Source: Candidatus Poribacteria bacterium
Lineage (GTDB): Bacteria > Poribacteria > WGA-4E > PCPOR2b
NCBI GenBank assembly: GCA_965208325.1
Contig: OZ242326.1
Coordinates: 608,001 to 672,000, forward strand
DNA length: 64,000 nt
Direction of reading: 5' to 3'
A model generated the notes under the pieces. That model had not been told where the DNA came from, searched no databases, and worked only from the letters and a program-made list of their open reading frames with translations. A program made the translations under genes and the position numbers. Position 1 is the first letter of the stretch. Each line of letters starts with the position of its first letter. This document shows positions 57,965-64,000 of the stretch, piece after piece.

Positions 57965-59857
57965 ATGGGTAAATTCTACATCACAACGCCAATTTACTAC
58001 GTTAATGCGGAGCCGCATGTCGGTCATGCGTACACAAGTATTGCCGCCGATGCGCTAGCACGGTATCATAGCCTCAAAGGGGACGATGTGTTCTTTTTAA
58101 CGGGTGTGGATGAACACGGTGCAAACATTGAAAAAATCGCGGCTGAAAATGGAGTGTCGCCGCAGCAATATTGCGATCAGATAGCGCCGGCCTTCACAAA
58201 TCTCTGGAAGAAGCTAAATATTTCCTACAATATTTTTCTCAGGACGACCAGTGATTTACACAAACGCGGCGTGGCGAAACTCCTCACTAGTCTTCATGAA
58301 TCCGGCGATATATATAAAGACAAGTATGAGGGATATTATTGCCGCCCCTGCGAAAGTTTTTACATGGATAAAGAACTCGGCGAAGCAAAGGCATGTCCGG
58401 TACACCGGTTGCCCGTGGAATGGGTGGAAGAAGAGAACTACTTTTTCGCATTGTCGAAATACGAAAATCGGTTGCTCGATCATATTAACGCCAACCCAGA
58501 ATTTATTCAACCGGACAGCCGGCGTAATGAAATCCTTAGCGCAATCGAGTCAGGATTGAAAGATGTTAGCATTTCAAGAGCATCCGTGTCGTGGGGAATT
58601 CCATTGCCGTTCGATCCTACCCACAATATTTATGTTTGGATTGAGGCATTGTGCAACTATATCACAGCGCTCGATTATCATGAGACCGGCGAAAAATACC
58701 GCAAGTATTGGCCGGCCGATTTACATCTGATGGGGAAAGAGATTACCCGCTTTCACGCTATAATTTGGCCCGCAATGTTAATGTCTGTCGACCTGCCGCT
58801 GCCCAAGCAGGTTTTCGGACACGGGTGGTTGACCAAGGACGGAAAACGGATTAGCAAAACAACAGGTAACATTATTGATATGGATGCGCTGATTGACGAG
58901 TTTGGTTTAGAAGCATTTCGCTACTATATGATGCGTGAATTCAGTTTTGGCAATGACGGCGACTTTCGGCGCGATCGCTTTGTGTTGAGGTATAACGCTG
59001 ATCTGGCAAACGATCTTGGCAACCTGCTCAATCGCACGCTAGGACTTGTCGCAAAGCACTTCGGCGTCGTTCCTGATCCTTCGACGCCCGGCGAATTCGA
59101 CAGCGAAGTCAAACAGGCGGCATGCGAGACAGTAAACGAGGTCTATTCGCTTATGAGCCGGCGCGCGTTTGATGCAGCGTTGGAAGCTATCTGGGAGTTT
59201 GTGCGTCGTGTCAATCGCTATGTTCAGCAGACACAGGTTTGGACGCTGGCGAAATCGGAGGAAGACAAGAGGCGCATGGGAACTATCCTATATAACAGCA
59301 TGGAAGCCCTGAGAACGGTTGCCGTTCTGATTTCACCGTTTATGCCTGACACCGCAAACCGCATCCGCCAGCAGATGGGGCTCGATGAGAGTTTCAACGC
59401 GCAGGGATTAGACACGGTCGCGCAGTGGGGCGGATTACCATCGGACATTCCAATTCGGAAACCTGAGCCAATATTCCCGCGAAAGGATACGAAATCGGTG
59501 CAAAGCATGAATGCAGAAGGAACTGAAGACGCTAACCTTGTTTCGTTCAAAGATTTCCAGTCGTTAGACTTGCGTGTTGCGGAAGTTATTGCTGCCGAAC
59601 GCGTGCCTAATGCGGACCGGCTGCTGAAACTACGCGTCAGTATCGGTGATACAGAGCGGCAAATCGTTGCTGGCATCGCCGAGAATTACACGCCGGAGGA
59701 TTTAATCGGGAAACGGGTGATACTCGTTGCAAACTTAGAACCTGCCACAATCCGAGGGATTAAATCTCAAGGGATGTTGCTCGCGGCCGCCGACGGAAAT
59801 GACCTCGCAGTCGCGACGATTGAAAAGGCGTTGCCGGCGGGAACACGGGTAAGCTAA
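57965..59857 (+). CDS. metG: Methionine--tRNA ligase with C-terminal tRNA-binding domain
   Basis: YITTPIYYVN.EPHVGH (HIGH), TGVDEHG, YVWIEAL, KRISKT (KMSKS-like), LANDLGNL, OB-fold tail SQGMLLAA. Confidence 0.97.
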   Translation: MGKFYITTPIYYVNAEPHVGHAYTSIAADALARYHSLKGDDVFFLTGVDEHGANIEKIAAENGVSPQQYCDQIAPAFTNLWKKLNISYNIFLRTTSDLHKRGVAKLLTSLHESGDIYKDKYEGYYCRPCESFYMDKELGEAKACPVHRLPVEWVEEENYFFALSKYENRLLDHINANPEFIQPDSRRNEILSAIESGLKDVSISRASVSWGIPLPFDPTHNIYVWIEALCNYITALDYHETGEKYRKYWPADLHLMGKEITRFHAIIWPAMLMSVDLPLPKQVFGHGWLTKDGKRISKTTGNIIDMDALIDEFGLEAFRYYMMREFSFGNDGDFRRDRFVLRYNADLANDLGNLLNRTLGLVAKHFGVVPDPSTPGEFDSEVKQAACETVNEVYSLMSRRAFDAALEAIWEFVRRVNRYVQQTQVWTLAKSEEDKRRMGTILYNSMEALRTVAVLISPFMPDTANRIRQQMGLDESFNAQGLDTVAQWGGLPSDIPIRKPEPIFPRKDTKSVQSMNAEGTEDANLVSFKDFQSLDLRVAEVIAAERVPNADRLLKLRVSIGDTERQIVAGIAENYTPEDLIGKRVILVANLEPATIRGIKSQGMLLAAADGNDLAVATIEKALPAGTRVS

Positions 59858-59944
59858 AACGCCGCGGCTAATGTGTATTGCGAAGAGGTTGAGAATGGCA
59901 AACGGCCTCACGCGGGCAGTCTAGAGATTGGAAAACTGTTAGGA

Positions 59945-60307
59945 TTATCTCTTTTCTCTCAGGGCGGCATCGTAAATCAGAAATTCGATAATCTGTTCGG
60001 CAGTTTTGGGAGTTAATCCTGAACCTGGTTTTCTCATCATTTTGTAGACATATTTCCGCCACTCCTCCCCGATGAATCTTGAGTTAATTGGACGAGCGAG
60101 TGTATGACACCGGCTGCATTTCTGCGCAAAGAGATGGTAGTATTCCTGCATCTTTAAAGAATAGTTAGAAACATCAATGAAATTTGGCCCGTTATCCGAT
60201 GCGAAAGTCCTCGGAGTTGTGTTGGACATATTCACAACAACCACTGCGATCGCGCCGAGTAAACCCAAAATAATCAGTACGGAGATCCAAACGATCGGTT
60301 CGCGCAT
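59945..60307 (-). CDS. Membrane-anchored monoheme c-type cytochrome
   Basis: N-terminal TM, CSRCH heme motif, W...V.KM distal Met region. Confidence 0.8.
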   Translation of the reverse strand: MREPIVWISVLIILGLLGAIAVVVVNMSNTTPRTFASDNGPNFIDVSNYSLKMQEYYHLFAQKCSRCHTLARPINSRFIGEEWRKYVYKMMRKPGSGLTPKTAEQIIEFLIYDAALREKR

Positions 60308-60516
60308 CAGCCTTGATCGCCCAAATAGTCAGACAAGGGTTGGGTTAATTGGCTTAATACCAACAACTGTTGTTTTGGCTTGAAATGTGGGGGATTATGG
60401 CAGGTAAATTCTAAACTGTATTCTTGAAGTCTACTACGTAAATCGTCACCTCGCAATTTACTCGAGCAACATTGGGACCATTTCGTTCACGCCGCCCGTG
60501 CTGCGCTAAACGGGTC

Positions 60517-61308
60517 TTATATGGAAGTCGCATCATGCCGTTCTGAGGATTCGTGTAACTGACGATTTTCCAATTCTAACTGCCTGATTTGGTCGTTCAT
60601 AGCACTAATACGTGATTCTTGGTCTTGCAACGTATTCTTTATTGTCAGGAATTCTTGCTGCAGTTGCTCAACATAGGATACCAAGTTAGCGACTATGTTG
60701 CTGAGTTCTTGAGGGGTCTGATTGTTTGGGGGTTGCGTGGCTGGCTCAACGCTGCGAGCGGCCGATTTGGGCACTTCAGCCTTAGCGTCGATAAGTAGTT
60801 GCTTCGTCCTACCAACCGGTTTGGGCACCGGCGTAATCGTTGAGCCATCGTGTTGACGCGCTGGCGGACGGGTTGATGGGGAAAAATATTCGGACGAGGA
60901 TTGAGAGTTTAGGCTTTTGTTTGGGAAAACCCGTGGAAAAACACCTTGAGACAGAATTTCATAAGCGCCCGACTGCAATTCCTTATCTTCAAAGTAGGTT
61001 ACACTCACTTTTATCTGTTGTTCAATCTGTAATTGAAGAAGCCGAGTCGTGATATTCCATATCACAGTATCGTTGTTTCCCGTGGTTTGACCGCTTCTCC
61101 AACGGTTCAATTGACGCAGGTAACTTGTTATGACATGCGGATCGGCGACCTCCTTTACGATTGGTTCTGCTGCCAACACACCATCGCCTTTTGACATCGG
61201 TTCAACAATCGACATCGGGATATCCCCTGTGTCGGATTGAATCTTGAATATCCATTTTGTTTCTGCCGCTCGCTTACAAGAAACGATAAATTGGTAACGA
61301 ATTGCCAT
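60517..61308 (-). CDS. Hypothetical protein with Pro/Ser linker and C-terminal coiled coil
   Basis: Long ORF with a heptad-rich C-terminus; start uncertain (61308 or 61389). Confidence 0.55.
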   Translation of the reverse strand: MAIRYQFIVSCKRAAETKWIFKIQSDTGDIPMSIVEPMSKGDGVLAAEPIVKEVADPHVITSYLRQLNRWRSGQTTGNNDTVIWNITTRLLQLQIEQQIKVSVTYFEDKELQSGAYEILSQGVFPRVFPNKSLNSQSSSEYFSPSTRPPARQHDGSTITPVPKPVGRTKQLLIDAKAEVPKSAARSVEPATQPPNNQTPQELSNIVANLVSYVEQLQQEFLTIKNTLQDQESRISAMNDQIRQLELENRQLHESSERHDATSI

Positions 61309-61458
61309 CGCGAATATTCCAATTAAGTAAGAGAGGAGGCTACCTGTCAGATTCGACGCAATCAACCCCCGAGTGCCGTACCCTATCAAGTTGCAACAGA
61401 GTCTTTACCAAAGCAATTTAAATCTAGGCTTGCACGAAATTTTCGGGTGATCATTACG

Positions 61459-62862
61459 TTATCGTCTAACTGATGATTTCGCGCAAAGCTCATACACGAG
61501 TTGTTCGATAATTGATTCCGAATCCAATTGGCTGCTTTTGAGGTGGATATCCGCTTCAAGTACCTTTTCCATCGCTGTAGTTAACTCTTTAATTCCGAAG
61601 TAAGGACTTGACTGAATCACTTTATAAGCCGCATAAGGGTTTTGCTTGAAGAGGTTGAGTTGTGCAGATTGAGGCAGCAGATCTGCCAATTTCGCTGTCG
61701 GTGCCTTGAAAACCGTATCCACAAAACCTTGAAAATTCATCCGTACCACAGTTGACTTCAGGTTTCCGTTCTCAATAAGCAATTTTGCTTGAAGCATGAG
61801 CCGTATTTGTCGGGCAATTAATGCGTTAACCTTGATTGGAGGTTCACCGCTATTCAATACACTGTGCAAGCTGGACAATGCTTGGCTAGTCGATTTCTTC
61901 CCAATCGCATCCATCAGGGCAAAGATACTATCAAAGCTGCTGTTAACTACAAGGGTCTGGATATCCCTTTCGTCAATTTGTGTTTTCTCTCCAACAAAAG
62001 CGATGAGTTTATCAAGTTCTTCAAAAATTAACCCCATATCGTTGCTGGTGCGCTTTCGCAGGAGATGAAAGGCGCCCGGAGTCATCTTCTTACCAAACCC
62101 ATCAAGTTTTCGTTGGACCCCTTGAAACAGTTTATCCTCTCTCAGAGATTGCCCCGATTCCAACCGTGTGAATGAAACATGCCGCCCCACACGTTTTATC
62201 GCTTTTACAAGCCGGCTCCGCCCATCAACGCTGCCGCTATAGATAAATATGAGCACACAAGACTTGGGCAATTCACCTTCAAGCCATTCAATCAATAACT
62301 CAGCATCATTCGTGGCTTCCGGTATGACATGCAACTCATCAATCTGGGAGGCGGCTTGGGGTAAATCCTGAAATAATTCGAGGTCATCCGCGCTCAAGCT
62401 ATTCTTGTTTTGTTCAATGAAATGCTTCATCGCGCTCTCGAATTCGCTGCTTCGAACCGCGATTTCCGGTGCTGAAACCTCCAGCGCTTTGGCAATCAAC
62501 CCGATACCCTTACGAGAATCCACGTCGAACGCATCAATGGCTTTCCGTACCAAATCCAGTTGGGGCGGCGACTTCTGAGCGTTGAAAACGGCGGCTTCCC
62601 GCACGACCACGACCCGCCAATCCGACATCACAGGATAGACATCCGCTGCGCTCAAAATGTCTCGGGCTGAGGCCTCTAGTCCATCAAGAAGATTCAGGTT
62701 GAAATCGCGTGTCGTTGGTTCAAGGAGGCTTTCGAGCATTTGCTTGAGCGTGTTCTCAATTAGAAAACTCTCTTCTCCGCATAGCAGATAAACCGGATGG
62801 ATCTTCCCGCCCTCAATTTCCTTTAGGATGTTTGGTGTTGACTGTTGTGATTGCTGTTTCAT
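61459..62862 (-). CDS. holA: DNA polymerase III delta subunit (extended)
   Basis: PVYLLCGEE.FL, DFNL, P.MSDWRVVVV, ELDKL, IFALMDAI, D..LKS. Confidence 0.85.
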   Translation of the reverse strand: MKQQSQQSTPNILKEIEGGKIHPVYLLCGEESFLIENTLKQMLESLLEPTTRDFNLNLLDGLEASARDILSAADVYPVMSDWRVVVVREAAVFNAQKSPPQLDLVRKAIDAFDVDSRKGIGLIAKALEVSAPEIAVRSSEFESAMKHFIEQNKNSLSADDLELFQDLPQAASQIDELHVIPEATNDAELLIEWLEGELPKSCVLIFIYSGSVDGRSRLVKAIKRVGRHVSFTRLESGQSLREDKLFQGVQRKLDGFGKKMTPGAFHLLRKRTSNDMGLIFEELDKLIAFVGEKTQIDERDIQTLVVNSSFDSIFALMDAIGKKSTSQALSSLHSVLNSGEPPIKVNALIARQIRLMLQAKLLIENGNLKSTVVRMNFQGFVDTVFKAPTAKLADLLPQSAQLNLFKQNPYAAYKVIQSSPYFGIKELTTAMEKVLEADIHLKSSQLDSESIIEQLVYELCAKSSVRR

Positions 62863-63128
62863 AATAACACTGGCTCATGCAAGAAAATTTTGAGCATACT
62901 TACAAAAACATGTGCTTTTACGGCGCACCATAAAGACTAGAGTGCGTTGAGAATGTCGCGTTGCAAATGCAACAAACGACCGACTAATGTGCCAAATACC
63001 CAAGTTGGGCGAGACATCCAATCCATAAGGGCAGCCACGAGGGTAGCCTTTATGTAGGGACAGGTCTTGCGCCCGGCAATAAACTCTCGGATCATAGATG
63101 GTTCAATTTGTCAAAAAGTCAACGGTAC

Positions 63129-63998
63129 TTAGTGGGTCGGCACCTCAACAATTCCCAGTAACCGATCGATGATATCAAGGCTCGTGATGCCATCAGCTTC
63201 GGCGTTAAAATTTGTTAAAATGCGGTGCCGCAAAACAGGTTTAGCAACGGATTTTATATCGTCTTGAGAGACATGATAACGGCCGTGCATGATTGCCCGT
63301 GCTTTTGCGCCTAACACGAGAAATTGGGACGCTCTCGGTCCTGAACCCCAGTTCACCCAATCTTTAATAAAATCGGGTGCATCGGGATTATTTGGACGCG
63401 AAACACGGCTCAATGCAACTGCGTATTCAACCATAGATTCCGCAATTGGCACTTTTCTCACGATTTTTTGCAGCCGCAAAATTTCCTCGCCCGAGATAAC
63501 CGGTTGCAACGACGGGTCATAAGCAGAAGTTGTTGTCATGACAATCTGCTTTTCAGCGGCGGAATCCGGATAGTCAATGTAAATATTGAACATAAACCTA
63601 TCCAACTGGGCTTCCGGTAATGGATAGGTGCCTTCCTGTTCAATCGGGTTTTGGGTTGCAAGTACGAAAAAGGGCAAGTCTAGCGGATAGGTCACGCCGC
63701 CTGCCGAAACTTTGTACTCCTGCATGGACTGCAATAGCGCCGCTTGCGTCTTGGGCGGTGTACGGTTAATTTCGTCAGCAAGAAGAATGTTTGAAAAAAC
63801 AGGACCCTTGATGAATCTGAAAAACCGGCTGCCTTTATCCGTGTCCTCCTGAATAATGTCTGTTCCAATGATATCCGACGGCATGAGATCCGGCGTGAAC
63901 TGAATGCGGTTAAACTGAAGGTCCAAAATCTCGGCGAGGCTGTTAATGAGAAGCGTTTTGGCGAGTCCGGGTACGCCAACTAACAGACAATGCCCCTG
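63129..63998 (-). CDS. MoxR-family AAA+ ATPase (N-terminus beyond the window end)
   Basis: [64 protein letters not shown]. Confidence 0.93.
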   Translation of the reverse strand, partial: QGHCLLVGVPGLAKTLLINSLAEILDLQFNRIQFTPDLMPSDIIGTDIIQEDTDKGSRFFRFIKGPVFSNILLADEINRTPPKTQAALLQSMQEYKVSAGGVTYPLDLPFFVLATQNPIEQEGTYPLPEAQLDRFMFNIYIDYPDSAAEKQIVMTTTSAYDPSLQPVISGEEILRLQKIVRKVPIAESMVEYAVALSRVSRPNNPDAPDFIKDWVNWGSGPRASQFLVLGAKARAIMHGRYHVSQDDIKSVAKPVLRHRILTNFNAEADGITSLDIIDRLLGIVEVPTH

Positions 63999-64000
63999 GG

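Noticed and set aside
281..63979. Numerous 60-210 aa ORFs antisense to or nested in the called genes (e.g. 281-835, 19881-20486, 45468-45992, 56375-57010)
   Set aside because: Shadow ORFs of well-supported genes, with no motifs of their own.

Overview
A bacterial genomic window, probably from Candidatus Poribacteria or a relative. This is inferred from LamG proteins with the C-terminal V-x-P-x-x-K-L-x-x-x-W-x-x-(I/L)-K motif, several PhyH dioxygenases, a DUF6785-type membrane protein and abundant GTAG-type REPs. The arms carry housekeeping and catabolic genes (moeA, pncA, HDAC, ubiE/menG, coaE, metG, holA, a MoxR ATPase, dehydrogenases, a BKACE enzyme). The centre is a ~16 kb defence-type island (15390-31470) bracketed by two same-orientation mosaic REP arrays. 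The island holds: (1) a rearranged type I R-M system (hsdS-hsdR...hsdM) interrupted by a K+-channel-like gene and a GIY-YIG gene; (2) a four-gene operon of Dcm-type methylase, MORC/GHKL-ATPase-histidine-kinase fusion, receiver-domain protein and His-rich unknown; (3) an ABC-ATPase(DUF3696)/PIN pair; (4) a DUF559 nuclease flanked by palindromic repeats, with gene-less versions of the same repeat frame elsewhere. Outside the island, the clearest non-obvious signal is a complete ribosome-dependent attenuator upstream of metG: a Met-rich leader peptide (MKRFAILSNMGMSMCSS), 1:2 / 2:3 / 3:4 alternative hairpins and a U7 terminator. All calls rest on reading motifs by eye; no database searches or folding programs were run.
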